Part shown: piece by piece, positions 10,046-20,351 of the stretch
Position numbering within the stretch: position 1 is the first letter of the stretch
How the letters are laid out: each line of letters opens with the position of its first letter
NCBI GenBank assembly: GCA_043816305.1
Contig: JBDRHZ010000012.1
Location: 55,701 to 119,700 of the forward strand
Length of the DNA: 64,000 nt
Source: Patescibacteria group bacterium
Lineage (GTDB): Bacteria > Patescibacteriota > Dojkabacteria > JAHIVN01
Direction of reading: 5' to 3'
Notes under the pieces: model-generated
Seen by the model: the letters and a program-made list of their open reading frames with translations, nothing else
What the model was told of the DNA's origin: nothing
The model's database searches: none
Made by a program: the position numbers and the translations under genes

Positions 10046-10264
10046 TTATTTCCCTTTTCTTAATTTTCGAACCCCTTTAAATTTGCTGTTTCTTTGAGAC
10101 TTATTATCAAGGAACTTCTTAGTCTCAGTGTTGATTTTGACATATAACTTTGTCTTGGGGTTTTTTACCTGAACTCGCTTCCGAACAGCTCCTTTTCTTT
10201 GATTATCACCATACGGTTTATTTTTTGCCATTATTAGTTTTGTAAAAATTAAATAATTGTTCAA
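10046..10264 (-). CDS. Small lysine/arginine-rich basic protein
   Basis: 72-aa ORF immediately downstream of the Avs-like gene. The probable start is the internal Met (MAKNKPYG...) at 10231. Confidence 0.35.
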   Translation of the reverse strand: MNNYLIFTKLIMAKNKPYGDNQRKGAVRKRVQVKNPKTKLYVKINTETKKFLDNKSQRNSKFKGVRKLRKGK

Positions 10265-10281
10265 GATATTTAATCAGTCTT

Positions 10282-13200
10282 TTATTCTTCGTCTAATATT
10301 TGATCTTTTTCTCTTCGTATTTCTCTAAGTACATGTTGATGAATATCAGTGAAAAATCTTTTCGCTGGAGATTCAGGGGCAATATTTGCAAGGACTTCGG
10401 CAGATTTATCACGCATTTCGATATCCTGAGGAAATGGTTCTCCTACCGTTCCTGATCTCCCACCTGAGATCAACGTGCTTCCTAAAGAGGATCTTACTGA
10501 GTTAAAACACTCTGACCCCTGAAAATAAGCACGTTCTAATATTTTTATGATAAATCCAATATTATTCCAAATAAAACTTGCTGGTGCTTCTGATATAAGT
10601 GAAGCTGCATATTTAATTTTGTCAGCTGAACCAGATTCTATCCATTCATTTAGAATTTTCATGACAGTGCCATTAAACTCGTTTGCTACCATAGAAAACA
10701 AATCCTTCCCGAAATGGATATGCTCCCATTTTTTTAGATCAGAGTAAACCCAGTCCCTTAGTTGTCTCAATATATCCTCATACTCTTTAGTTTCATGAAA
10801 TCTAAACTTTGTTTCTTTCTCATGCCTGAAAGGCAAAGGATCGTATTCTTTATTTGTTGATTTCTCAGTTTTATCAATACGTTTTTTCAAGAATTCAATA
10901 GTTTCAGTTGGATATTGAAAGGAGATCTCATTAAGATAATTTTCAATATAGTACCCATCAATAGAAGGGCAATCAAGAAGCATATTATTAATTTTTTCAA
11001 TATCCTTTACTGATAAGTCGTGTATTTTGAAAGCCCCATGTTGGTTAAACTCACTTAAAACCTCTTCTGCTATTTGAGATGATCCTTCAAACTTTATATT
11101 CAATGCCAATTGCAGTGCAATTAGTTTATCTACTTCAGCTAACCTGCTAAGTGAATGAACGCTAGATAATCGAACTGTTTTATCTGGAGAATTTAGTAAC
11201 TCAGTAAGCACTGATTTATTTTTTTCTTCAGCAATCTCGTTGCCAAACAGTCCCCAACTGAAAGAAGATGCTAGCTGTCTTTGTAGCGCTATGTTTCCTA
11301 ACTTGAGAGTTTTTCGTGCTATTTCTAAGGCTTTTTCTTTCTCAAACTTTTGTAGATAAGTAATTACTGTACTAAGGAAATTGCTGAGAACAGAGGTAGG
11401 GTTCTCCATAATAAAGTCCCCTAGCTCTCCGCCAAATTGTGGAGATAATCTAATAAGGCTACTCATGAAATGAGCCTGAATACCGTTCTGTTTGGAGATC
11501 GTAATAATTTGGGATACCCTTTCTTCAAGAAAAAGAATAAGATCAGAGTTCGAATATTTTTTTAGAGTTTTCTTAGCTGTAAGATCTATCCATTCACTCC
11601 ATCGTTCTTCTCTTTCCTTATAGGAGAGTTGCTCTTCCTCAAATGATCTGCCCCATCCATCCATTAAAGCTCTAACTATGTCTAATCCAAGGCTTTGAGG
11701 TATAGCATCTAGTACTTGTTGTGAGTGTTCCTTAGCCTTTGTTTTACCGTGCTTTGCCTGCCAAACTACAGCTTGTATTATTTCAACTAGTAAGATTGGA
11801 TCAAGGTTATTTTTTTCAACTATTTGTTTAAGTTTTATTAGAACTTCAATTATCCTTTTCTCCCATTCTTTAATTAGTTTTCCTCCTACTACAGCACCAA
11901 ACATGCCTCTTGGATAGCTTGTAGCTGCTGTAATTGTTTGAATTGCTCGACTGGCATAATGTAAATTATCTCCAATAAGGTAGTGAAATGCTAAATCAAT
12001 TGCTTTTTCCCTAAATAGATCTACCTGCGTAGGGGAAACAAAATATGGTCTCATTGTAAACTTGTTGTCATGAAACTCAGTAATATCAGTTTCCGTTGCT
12101 AAAACATGATCGATTACTTCAAATGCGGGAAGTCCGTATTCAGGATCTTTAGTCCATTCAATTGCCAGATTTAATATTCGCTCTGTGTATATCAGGGGTT
12201 TTCTTGGTTTTATTTCTATTAAGTCACTTAGTATCCTCATAGGATGCTCCGGATATTGATTTTGTCGCCTCTTATCAGTTTGGGCAAGTTTCCATAATAA
12301 ATTACATGCATCAATTAAATAATCAAGATTGTAAGCTATATCTTGTAATATTTCGGGAAGCTTATGTGTTACATAGTCGTAGGTAACATTATCTGACCAT
12401 CTAGGATCTAAACCAGACTTTCTTGTAGGATTATCTATAGCAAATCTTACTAGAGTAAGCATCCTTTCGGGTTGGAAATAGGCAATATCTTTAATCATTT
12501 CAAGTATCTCTTTTCTCTGCCAAATACCAGCATTTTTAAACTCATCCATAACTATCAACCACACTTCATCAAGAAGAGTAGTTCTCAATCCCTTCCCATT
12601 CTCATAGACCAGACGCCAGTCGAGTTGACTTAAATTCTTAAGTAAATTACTGGCTAATTTCCCTTTTGCAATTTTATACACCCTGTCAGCAAAACCTGTG
12701 GATTTTTGTTCATTTGAATTGAAGCAGGCTACTTCTCTAATATAATCAGCTAGAAGATCAGGGACTATTCTAAGCTGTTGGCCACGTCTTAAGAGGATAC
12801 CAGCATCTTCGAGTAATCTGATCTTACTATCAATAAGAACTTTGTCTTCTCTAAGTAATTCTTTCGTAATTTCAGAGAAACTTTCATCAGATTGTATTAC
12901 TGGTTGAATTAAAGTAATTAAATCCAAGAGTTTTTTAATCTGAGGTTTTTCAGTTGCATCACCTATTTCTGCTGTGACAACATCTTTAAACCTAGATAGC
13001 ATGAGTCGCCGAAATGACTTGGAATTATTTAATGTTGCAGGTAGAATAACCTCTTTACTGAGGACTTTGGCTGCAATTACTGTAATTAACGGACAATCTT
13101 TACTTAATTTAGCTATAGTTATAGCCAAGTCCTCAGGGCCATTATTTTCTCTCAGTACCTCCTTAGCAAGTATTTCTGCTTCTTTTTTAGTTAAACTTTC

Positions 13201-14394
13201 GATGTTTAGAATAAGCTCTTCACCTGTAGCAATTGCTGATGAAAATATACTTGCCTTTATTTTTTCTAAACCATATGGTCTCGTTGATAGCATAAGCTTA
13301 CATTTCAATCCTTGATGTACTATTCCATTTATAAGTACATTCAGATCATCTCTATCATGTGCATCATCTGCTATCAAAATAGTATTTTCTGGTATTCCTT
13401 CTAAATCTTTTGGTTCTATCTCAATACCTAATGACGCAAAAAATATGTGGGAAAAATTCGACTTTACTTCAGTATCGTTTGTAATTTCTCTTAAAATTTT
13501 AGTTTTTCCTATTCCTCCACGACCACTTATAATCGCAACTATTTGATCGCTTTTTAAATATTCTTTTAGTTTGCCTATTTCTTTGGTTCTTCCGACTAAA
13601 TTCCAGTCTTGGGTAAAAAATGAATCTACTCCAGGTAAACTATTAAAGTAATTTTCTGGTTTTACCCATGGTCCAGGTTTTGGTTCCCCAAGAAAGTCCA
13701 TACGTTGATTTGGAAAATACGCATCGATTATTCTTAATCTTTCTGGTCGAGGTAATCTTCTGATATCATCAGAAATGTCAACTAAATCTCGTAAATGCCA
13801 ACTCGATCCATGTTTTGTAATAGCTTCATCTTCCTTTGCGGTTGCTTCTTTCGTCAGAAGAATGAATTGATCAGTTATTTTAAAATTGGTTTTTTCTATT
13901 ATCTTTGAGAAATCGGCTTTCTGTACTGCATTGTCGATTTTTTGTGGTCCAAACTTGCTATTATATTCAACACGTTTACATTGGAAAGTTTTAATACTTT
14001 TGTCTGGAAATTTTGCATATATATCAATCCCATACTGTTTATCTCCATGTCTACCGAAAATACGAACATCGGTGGCTTCTGGGTATAAGGATTTGATTAG
14101 GTCTAAACAAAACTTTTCGAATTTTGCTGGTGGCAGGTTATAAAGTGGTAAAGTGTCTGTTAATAGCCTTTCGGGTGACGGTACTAATCGTCCTGATAGT
14201 TTATACAATTCATCTAATGAAACCTCTGGGAATAAAGCATGGAGTTTAGCTAAGTCCACTTCCTTTGGTCGAGAAGTTCCAGCTTCCCATCTACTTATAC
14301 TTTGTTGTTTAATTTCTAACTGTCTTGCTAGATCACTTTGTCTCCAACCTTTTTTCTCTCTTAATTCTTTTATTTTTTCTGATATTCTATACAT
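10282..14394 (-). CDS. Avs-like antiviral STAND NTPase: XRE-HTH, Mrr-type PD-(D/E)xK nuclease, P-loop NTPase and long helical-repeat C-terminal domain
   Basis: 1370 aa. Residues 1-65 are an XRE HTH (KKGWRQSDLARQLEIKQQSISRWEAG). Next comes an Mrr_cat-like region (FEKFCLDLIKSLYP...GDKQYGIDIYAKF...TFQCKRV). Walker A is VAIISGRGGIGKTKI and Walker B is ILIADDAHD. About 900 aa of helical repeats follow. Confidence 0.7.
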   Translation of the reverse strand: MYRISEKIKELREKKGWRQSDLARQLEIKQQSISRWEAGTSRPKEVDLAKLHALFPEVSLDELYKLSGRLVPSPERLLTDTLPLYNLPPAKFEKFCLDLIKSLYPEATDVRIFGRHGDKQYGIDIYAKFPDKSIKTFQCKRVEYNSKFGPQKIDNAVQKADFSKIIEKTNFKITDQFILLTKEATAKEDEAITKHGSSWHLRDLVDISDDIRRLPRPERLRIIDAYFPNQRMDFLGEPKPGPWVKPENYFNSLPGVDSFFTQDWNLVGRTKEIGKLKEYLKSDQIVAIISGRGGIGKTKILREITNDTEVKSNFSHIFFASLGIEIEPKDLEGIPENTILIADDAHDRDDLNVLINGIVHQGLKCKLMLSTRPYGLEKIKASIFSSAIATGEELILNIESLTKKEAEILAKEVLRENNGPEDLAITIAKLSKDCPLITVIAAKVLSKEVILPATLNNSKSFRRLMLSRFKDVVTAEIGDATEKPQIKKLLDLITLIQPVIQSDESFSEITKELLREDKVLIDSKIRLLEDAGILLRRGQQLRIVPDLLADYIREVACFNSNEQKSTGFADRVYKIAKGKLASNLLKNLSQLDWRLVYENGKGLRTTLLDEVWLIVMDEFKNAGIWQRKEILEMIKDIAYFQPERMLTLVRFAIDNPTRKSGLDPRWSDNVTYDYVTHKLPEILQDIAYNLDYLIDACNLLWKLAQTDKRRQNQYPEHPMRILSDLIEIKPRKPLIYTERILNLAIEWTKDPEYGLPAFEVIDHVLATETDITEFHDNKFTMRPYFVSPTQVDLFREKAIDLAFHYLIGDNLHYASRAIQTITAATSYPRGMFGAVVGGKLIKEWEKRIIEVLIKLKQIVEKNNLDPILLVEIIQAVVWQAKHGKTKAKEHSQQVLDAIPQSLGLDIVRALMDGWGRSFEEEQLSYKEREERWSEWIDLTAKKTLKKYSNSDLILFLEERVSQIITISKQNGIQAHFMSSLIRLSPQFGGELGDFIMENPTSVLSNFLSTVITYLQKFEKEKALEIARKTLKLGNIALQRQLASSFSWGLFGNEIAEEKNKSVLTELLNSPDKTVRLSSVHSLSRLAEVDKLIALQLALNIKFEGSSQIAEEVLSEFNQHGAFKIHDLSVKDIEKINNMLLDCPSIDGYYIENYLNEISFQYPTETIEFLKKRIDKTEKSTNKEYDPLPFRHEKETKFRFHETKEYEDILRQLRDWVYSDLKKWEHIHFGKDLFSMVANEFNGTVMKILNEWIESGSADKIKYAASLISEAPASFIWNNIGFIIKILERAYFQGSECFNSVRSSLGSTLISGGRSGTVGEPFPQDIEMRDKSAEVLANIAPESPAKRFFTDIHQHVLREIRREKDQILDEE

Positions 14395-14398
14395 ATCT

Positions 14399-14421
14399 CA
14401 CATTATACACATTTAATGTGT
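14399..14421. promoter_or_regulatory. CACATT-repeat palindrome (ACACATT-T-AATGTGT) plus an extended -10 just upstream of the Avs-like start
   Basis: Two direct CACATT copies and one inverted copy. On the coding strand TGTATAAT lies 7 nt upstream of the ATG, suggesting a leaderless transcript. Plausible operator for the N-terminal HTH. Confidence 0.45.
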
Positions 14422-14624
14422 GCGATGCAAGGAAGGAATGAAAAAGATGGTGATTTTCAGCAATAACTCAGTAATAATTCTGGAGGATTATTAGTTTCCC
14501 AAGATAACAGAGTACCTGTCGGATATTGTCTTATAAGTGAAGCTATTAAATTCTTAGCATTATTTCGTTTCCGAACATATTCACGTTGAAATGCAGGAAC
14601 AAATAATTGATAATTTAGAATTAA

Positions 14625-15440
14625 TTATTCCTTTCTAAGTATTAGGCAATAATGATGAATAATGTTACTTACCCAAGCATGAGGATATCCATATGGTGCT
14701 AACCCCACTTTGTCTTGAGCCCAAATTTTTTCATCTTTCAATACATAAAGTGTTCCTAACCTTTTAGCTAAATCCCAAGCCAATGGATATAATTTTCCCT
14801 CTTTCTTAACATTTTTGATAATTACCGTGATATAACCCTTTGGCTTCAAAATCTTGTAAATTTGCTCATATATTTTATACAGTTCATCGAGGAACTGTTC
14901 ATAATCATCAATATTTCCCAAATCTTTTTCATCTTTTGAATATTTTACATCTAGATCATCTTTTTCTCTTTTATTCTTAAAGTCTTTAGTACTCCTGTTT
15001 AATACATTCCAGTAAGGTGGTGATGATATACAGTAGTCAATTGTTGGTAAATCCAACTCATTAATATTCATTGAATTTCCCACTATTATTTTTTGGGTTG
15101 TTCTCTTTTTTGCTATTTCTGTATATTTGGGGTTAAGCTCGATTCCAATTCCTTTTCTGTTAGTTCTATCGCAAGCGACTAAAGTACTCCCAATACCTAC
15201 AAAAGGATCAAGAACAACTTGACCTTCTTTTGTAAAGAACTTTACAAAGCTTTCAATCATGGTTGAAGAATAAGTAGCTGGATGTTCTTTTGATTTACCA
15301 TTTGTCAGATCCCTCTCTTCTTTCAAGTCTTTCGGAAGGGCATTAAAAATAAAAAAACTACTCAAAAACTTTACCCATTCAGTTCCATTCAAATCGTTAA
15401 GAGTATTAACCATTTTTCTTTTTTTTGTAATTTTGTCCAT
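14625..15440 (-). CDS. DNA methyltransferase, N6-adenine/N4-cytosine type
   Basis: EHPATY...VLDPFVGIGST...GIELNP (HPxxxP + FxGxG module) followed by SSPPYW (motif IV). 271 aa. Confidence 0.7.
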   Translation of the reverse strand: MDKITKKRKMVNTLNDLNGTEWVKFLSSFFIFNALPKDLKEERDLTNGKSKEHPATYSSTMIESFVKFFTKEGQVVLDPFVGIGSTLVACDRTNRKGIGIELNPKYTEIAKKRTTQKIIVGNSMNINELDLPTIDYCISSPPYWNVLNRSTKDFKNKREKDDLDVKYSKDEKDLGNIDDYEQFLDELYKIYEQIYKILKPKGYITVIIKNVKKEGKLYPLAWDLAKRLGTLYVLKDEKIWAQDKVGLAPYGYPHAWVSNIIHHYCLILRKE

Positions 15441-15444
15441 ATAA

Positions 15445-16488
15445 TTATATTTTTATAGATATTGAATTATTTAATAAACCCTCTTCAATTATTTTTACTG
15501 CATAATCCCTTTTAGACCTTTCAACATTTAAATCAATATTTTTGTAAGTTGTTCGTAATTCTTTCTCAAATGAAGGGTTAAGACCAACCAATTCATCTAC
15601 AGTAATAATATTCCAACTTTTATCTGAGACTAGTATTTTCCACTCTTTATCATGATTCCGTGAATTATTTATCCTATTAAATTCTTCTCGTTCCAAGAAT
15701 GGAAATAAATAAAGAAACTTCTCCTTTTGTAAATCAATATTAGATTTTAATAGTAAATATTTTGATACCAAAGCCTCTCCAACAACTATATGTCCCATTC
15801 TAAAACTTGAATCTGTGAAATTCTTATACCTTGGCCCTCTTATTTTGACCCATCCATATTTTGTTTTTATTAAATCTCTTGATTCTAAATATAATTTCCA
15901 GTCTCCATTATAAGGGGGTGCAAGAAAAAAGCGGTTAAATGTTTTAAGCATTTTATTTTCTATCTGCTTGATAATCTCTTTTAGGTCAGTGGTATTTTCA
16001 TAACATTTGACAAGTTTCTTTATGTCAGATAATTCATCCGTTATCAGGTATCTAATGCAAGGATCTTGACTATGTTCCTCAGACGCGCTTAATGCAGCAG
16101 CCATTAAATCATGTCTAATTTCATGTTGGCCTTTTTTTAAATAGTAGATTGATAGAATATTATTAAGTAAGGCACCGTAGGCATGGTGAAACCTTTGTAG
16201 TTGAGCGTTACCCCAGGATCTGGTATTTAAACAATGTGACCCTTCTATTACAATTTTTGGAGAAGAATTAACAATTTGTTGAGTAAAAGGATCAAACCAT
16301 TCCTCATCAGCGAACCATGCAAAATCATTTGAACCATAAACAACTCCATTGATTCCAAAGCTGAGTCCACCTTCAGCCCAAATATCTTGATCATGATTGC
16401 TGCTACCAATATATACACGACGCTTGAGGGTATCAGTATTCCCTATACTTGAGAGCTCTCTTTTTATAATATCATCGGTTTTTGACAT
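15445..16488 (-). CDS. Hypothetical protein inside the R-M operon (candidate restriction-endonuclease subunit)
   Basis: 347-aa ORF, translationally coupled to both neighbours. No assignable motif. Confidence 0.35.
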   Translation of the reverse strand: MSKTDDIIKRELSSIGNTDTLKRRVYIGSSNHDQDIWAEGGLSFGINGVVYGSNDFAWFADEEWFDPFTQQIVNSSPKIVIEGSHCLNTRSWGNAQLQRFHHAYGALLNNILSIYYLKKGQHEIRHDLMAAALSASEEHSQDPCIRYLITDELSDIKKLVKCYENTTDLKEIIKQIENKMLKTFNRFFLAPPYNGDWKLYLESRDLIKTKYGWVKIRGPRYKNFTDSSFRMGHIVVGEALVSKYLLLKSNIDLQKEKFLYLFPFLEREEFNRINNSRNHDKEWKILVSDKSWNIITVDELVGLNPSFEKELRTTYKNIDLNVERSKRDYAVKIIEEGLLNNSISIKI

Positions 16489-17584
16489 AGTGTAAAATGT
16501 AATTAATTAATCCATCGTAATTAATATCTTTTAAATAATTTATTAAACCGATGCTATCTAATGGGAATTTCAATTCTTTTGACATTTTTTCTAAACTATC
16601 TGTTGATAAATTTGCTAAAAGATAAAATTTAATATAAGTATCTAACCATTTATTATATCTTGATTCCTTAGCATAATCTGTTATTTGAGTCGAATTCTTA
16701 TCGATAATCGTCATATCACCTTCTGCATTAAATGTGATTAGTCCTGAATATGAACTTGCGTCCTTTTTGAAAGGAATCACTTCGAAAGCTTTATGAAAGA
16801 TCTGTTTCGATATATATTTTTCAATCTGAGGTGCTGAGGATTGTAGTGTTTTAACTTCAAATACAGCATTTTTCCAATCTTGAAATGATTTTGTATTATT
16901 TTTGACTTTATCTAAACCGAACGTTGTTATTGTCATTAATTCGATTAATGAATATCCTCTAAAACCTACCCCATACTTTGTTAAAGCATTAGATAATTCA
17001 TCAACTCTATATATTGATGCATCTGGGGTACCGACTCCATAATAGAAGGGTATCTGTGTATCTGTAAAAAACCCGAATTTTGAAAAATAACTAGAGATAA
17101 TAAATTCAAAGAACGATTCGAATTCGGATACCTTTGTTAATCCCTTCCTAATTGGAATTATTATGTAGTCATTAGGATTATAATTATTTTGGATCAACTC
17201 CTTGCTTATTTCTTTTAACCTCTCAAGGAACAAGCTATATTTTTCATATTCAATCGGTAATAAGTATTTATAACCCTTAAGGATATATGGTTTTTCGAGT
17301 ACATTTATTCTTGGTGTACATGAAAACGACAGATCAGAAATTGACATCAACCCTTCTTGAATATTGTATTCCTCTGCTTGATTAAATATTCTATAATAAT
17401 CCCTTTTAAGAAAAAAACGACACTCAGGTTCAGAAATATCTAAGTATCCATGAGCAGATAAAACGGCATATAAAAATGCTTCCCTCGGACTCAATTCAAT
17501 AGTATCTCCGACACAAGGGTTTTTTACTCGTTTTAAACCAAGAGATTTCGTTAATGTATTTAAAACAAAAGATTTATTTATCAT
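16472..17584 (-). CDS. Hypothetical protein inside the R-M operon (candidate restriction-endonuclease subunit)
   Basis: 370-aa ORF. Possible PD...(D/E)xK-like elements (GVGTPD ... FEVK), but the spacing is atypical. Confidence 0.35.
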   Translation of the reverse strand: MINKSFVLNTLTKSLGLKRVKNPCVGDTIELSPREAFLYAVLSAHGYLDISEPECRFFLKRDYYRIFNQAEEYNIQEGLMSISDLSFSCTPRINVLEKPYILKGYKYLLPIEYEKYSLFLERLKEISKELIQNNYNPNDYIIIPIRKGLTKVSEFESFFEFIISSYFSKFGFFTDTQIPFYYGVGTPDASIYRVDELSNALTKYGVGFRGYSLIELMTITTFGLDKVKNNTKSFQDWKNAVFEVKTLQSSAPQIEKYISKQIFHKAFEVIPFKKDASSYSGLITFNAEGDMTIIDKNSTQITDYAKESRYNKWLDTYIKFYLLANLSTDSLEKMSKELKFPLDSIGLINYLKDINYDGLINYILHYVKNR

Positions 17585-19178
17585 TTAAATTCATTATTCG
17601 GTCAATTAAATATATGCTTATATTCTTTAAACTCTCATAATCATCTGTTTTGAAAACGTAATCTATAGCTTTTTCCAAAACTTCATCATAAATATTTGTG
17701 ATATTTAATGTACTTCCATGAGCTTTGTATTTATCAATTATTCCATCGATTTCTGATAAATTGAATCCTAAGGATAATTGGCTATTATTCATTTTGATAC
17801 TTTTTTTAAACAACATGTATAGGTCAGTTTTCGGTGATCTTTTTGACCAATTTTTATTAAAAGAATTTCCTAGTGGATCGTGAATATTTAAACCACAAAA
17901 TGAAAAACCAGCACCCTTAATCGCTCTTATTATTGCACTCCATACTTTAAAATCCTTATTGTGAAATGTTACCATCAAAAATTTCTCATTTTTTAATACT
18001 CGAAACGTTTCAGAAAAAACTTGAGATAATAAATCTTCATAATTTTTAATATTTTTTTTCTTCGATCTGTTAATGATTATTTCATCATCATGTTTATACT
18101 CATTCTTAAACCAAAAATTCCAAACCATACTCAATTCGTCGTATTGGATACTATCTCCGTATGGTGGGTCGGTAAAAATGAAGTCTATTGAATCGTTTTT
18201 AATAATATTAGAAACATCTGTTGATGATTGATTAAATATCTCACAACTGTAGTCAGAATTTTTTATTCTTTCATTGGCAATTTTTTTCCCTTCTAATAGG
18301 TTTTCTACTCTCTGTGCAAACCTAAACCAAACGTTCTCCTCAATCCAGTCATCAGGAACCCAATAATTGTTTACTGAAAGAGGACGGACATTTGCACCTT
18401 TTAGTTTACTTGCATGAAGTAAAGTATCAGAGAAAGATAGCAGAAGAAGTTCTTTAACATTATTATCTTTAATATCTTGTATAACACTTAACAGTGTAGA
18501 TAATGCATGAAGATTTCTGTTCGTAAACAACTTATCAACTGAGGTTATACCTTTATATGTAATTCTATCTTTATCAAATTTTTCAGGAAACTTATTTTGG
18601 GGATACCAATTTGCAATCTTGCTTTTTTCAAGTTTGTGTAAGTTCTGTAAATCTTTCTCAGACAATAAAAGCTTTTTCATTGTTTTTCTCTTTCCACAAT
18701 TTGGACAATATGCTTTTGCAGAAATGGATTTAAACTTTGGGCCTCTTTCGAAATATTCGCCTAAATAATTTGATCCACAGAATTCACATTTTTTAGATAA
18801 TATATAGAGCTTATTTAGTTTGTTTTTTAATTTCACAGATATTTTCTCAAACTCAATTTCGATCTCTTCTGTAATATTATGGTTCAAAATAGTCATACGA
18901 CTTACAAATGTAGACACTGGGTTTAAATCAATTAGAATAGAATTTCTATCTAGAACAAGAGATTCAACACCGGTAACACCACTTCCAGAAAATGGATCAA
19001 AAACGACATCTCCTTTATTTGTAAATTCTTTTATATATGAATTTACATAATACCAAGGTTTTCTTGCCCAATATTTATGTATTTTATACATTTTTATAAT
19101 TTTATCTTGCTTAGGAACAACAATGCTGTCCCTAATTTTGTTTAGTCTTTCTTTAGTATCAACCATATTTTTCATCAA
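17574..19178 (-). CDS. DNA methyltransferase, N6-adenine/N4-cytosine type, with a Cys4 zinc ribbon
   Basis: HKYWARKP...VVFDPFSGSGVTG (motif I) near the N-terminus and FIFTDPPYGD (motif IV) about 270 aa later. CEFCGS...CPNCGKR zinc ribbon. 534 aa. Confidence 0.75.
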   Translation of the reverse strand: MMKNMVDTKERLNKIRDSIVVPKQDKIIKMYKIHKYWARKPWYYVNSYIKEFTNKGDVVFDPFSGSGVTGVESLVLDRNSILIDLNPVSTFVSRMTILNHNITEEIEIEFEKISVKLKNKLNKLYILSKKCEFCGSNYLGEYFERGPKFKSISAKAYCPNCGKRKTMKKLLLSEKDLQNLHKLEKSKIANWYPQNKFPEKFDKDRITYKGITSVDKLFTNRNLHALSTLLSVIQDIKDNNVKELLLLSFSDTLLHASKLKGANVRPLSVNNYWVPDDWIEENVWFRFAQRVENLLEGKKIANERIKNSDYSCEIFNQSSTDVSNIIKNDSIDFIFTDPPYGDSIQYDELSMVWNFWFKNEYKHDDEIIINRSKKKNIKNYEDLLSQVFSETFRVLKNEKFLMVTFHNKDFKVWSAIIRAIKGAGFSFCGLNIHDPLGNSFNKNWSKRSPKTDLYMLFKKSIKMNNSQLSLGFNLSEIDGIIDKYKAHGSTLNITNIYDEVLEKAIDYVFKTDDYESLKNISIYLIDRIMNLNDK

Positions 19179-19374
19179 TTAATTCGTCTAAAGAGATGTT
19201 TAAAGCCTTAGCAATTTTATAAATGGTTTTTATTGTAGGATTTTTCACTTGCCCATTTTCAATCTTCATAAGTGTAGCATAAGGAATATTTGCTTTTCGA
19301 GCTAACTCTTCTTGAGTTAAATCCTTATCATTTCGTAGCTTTTTTATCTTTTCTCCAAGAGATATTTGATTCAT
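19159..19374 (-). CDS. XRE-family HTH controller (C-protein-like) at the head of the R-M operon
   Basis: 71 aa, DLTQEELARKANIPYATLMKIENGQ. Overlaps the start of the large MTase. Confidence 0.7.
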   Translation of the reverse strand: MNQISLGEKIKKLRNDKDLTQEELARKANIPYATLMKIENGQVKNPTIKTIYKIAKALNISLDELIDEKYG

Positions 19375-19502
19375 TTAGTTATTCTTATACAAGTAATATT
19401 CGGTTGGTAATATCATACCGCATAACTCTATAAAAGGAAACCAAAAGCCTTATTCTTTATCAAACTTTCTTATGGCGTATGAATAAAGAAAGTTTGTTAA
19501 AA

Positions 19503-19530
19503 AGGCGGAAGCTTTTGACCTCCGCCTTAA
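19503..19530. terminator. Hairpin terminator downstream of the DUF2958 gene
   Basis: AAGGCGGA-loop-TCCGCCTT, followed on the minus strand by a T-run. Confidence 0.45.
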
Positions 19531-19535
19531 TGCTT

Positions 19536-19829
19536 TCAGTTCATCAATTCTTTCAATGTTTTAGGTTTGAAATACATATCTCTTTCAATTGGTAATCCTA
19601 AAGCACCTTTTACACTTAGAAGCTCAGAAAGTGAGAAGTAGCCTAGCTCTTTTTCAAAGCCATCTACCAGACCAAAAAAGGTATCTTCTCCGTCAAACTC
19701 AGTAGCGTACCAAGTCCAGTTACTATCAGGAGTAAAAAACTTAACAACTGCAACCGCTTCAAGCCCTTTATCTTCCTGTGAGTAAAGTTTGGGCAACTTC
19801 TCCAGAATTTCTTTTGTAATCAATTTCAT
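19536..19829 (-). CDS. DUF2958-like small protein
   Basis: 97 aa. MKLITKEILEKLPKLY...KFFTP..NWTWYATEFDG...FFGLV.G.E.ELGYFSLSEL matches my memory of the DUF2958 consensus. Confidence 0.45.
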   Translation of the reverse strand: MKLITKEILEKLPKLYSQEDKGLEAVAVVKFFTPDSNWTWYATEFDGEDTFFGLVDGFEKELGYFSLSELLSVKGALGLPIERDMYFKPKTLKELMN

Positions 19830-20233
19830 TTTTTTTATGTAATAACTTAAATGTTTTGTTCCTTAACTGTCTGCCTCGTTAGCTCAGCTCAACGGTTTGT
19901 AGTTTTCAGATAAGGCTATTCAATTGTTAAAGAGCTATTTTCTTTCAAGTCAGGAATGTTTTCCCTTTCTAAGAGGAAAAAAGCGAGCCAAAACGACCGT
20001 AGGGAGTGACGGCAGTATAAAAAGACTGATTTGACAAGGAGGAATTTGAGTGTAGCGAAAAGCAAATCCTTGCAAACCCAAAGGGTAGCAAGCGTATGCT
20101 ATAGCAGAAGCGAAGCTATCAAAGGATTTTTATGCTAGACTTTTACCAGAAAGGGAAAATAATAATGTGTTTGTTGCGAAGCAAGCAACTTCAATTATGT
20201 TGAGGGAAAGCGGGGATTACTTTCCCTCTCCAA

Positions 20234-20351
20234 TTTAGACCTCAGAAAAAAGAACGTTTATGAGGTCATTTAAAATCTCGATTTTATCGAGAAGTTTGTG
20301 CATTTGAGCTTCGATTTCTGTTCTTAGAAGCTCTTTTGCTTGATACTCCAT
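20234..20351 (-). CDS. Possible 39-aa small ORF with a strong Shine-Dalgarno
   Basis: AAGGAGGAAATATGGAG on the minus strand. Product is MEYQAKELLRTEIEAQMHKLLDKIEILNDLINVLFSEV. It lies inside a 600-bp noncoding gap. Confidence 0.25.
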
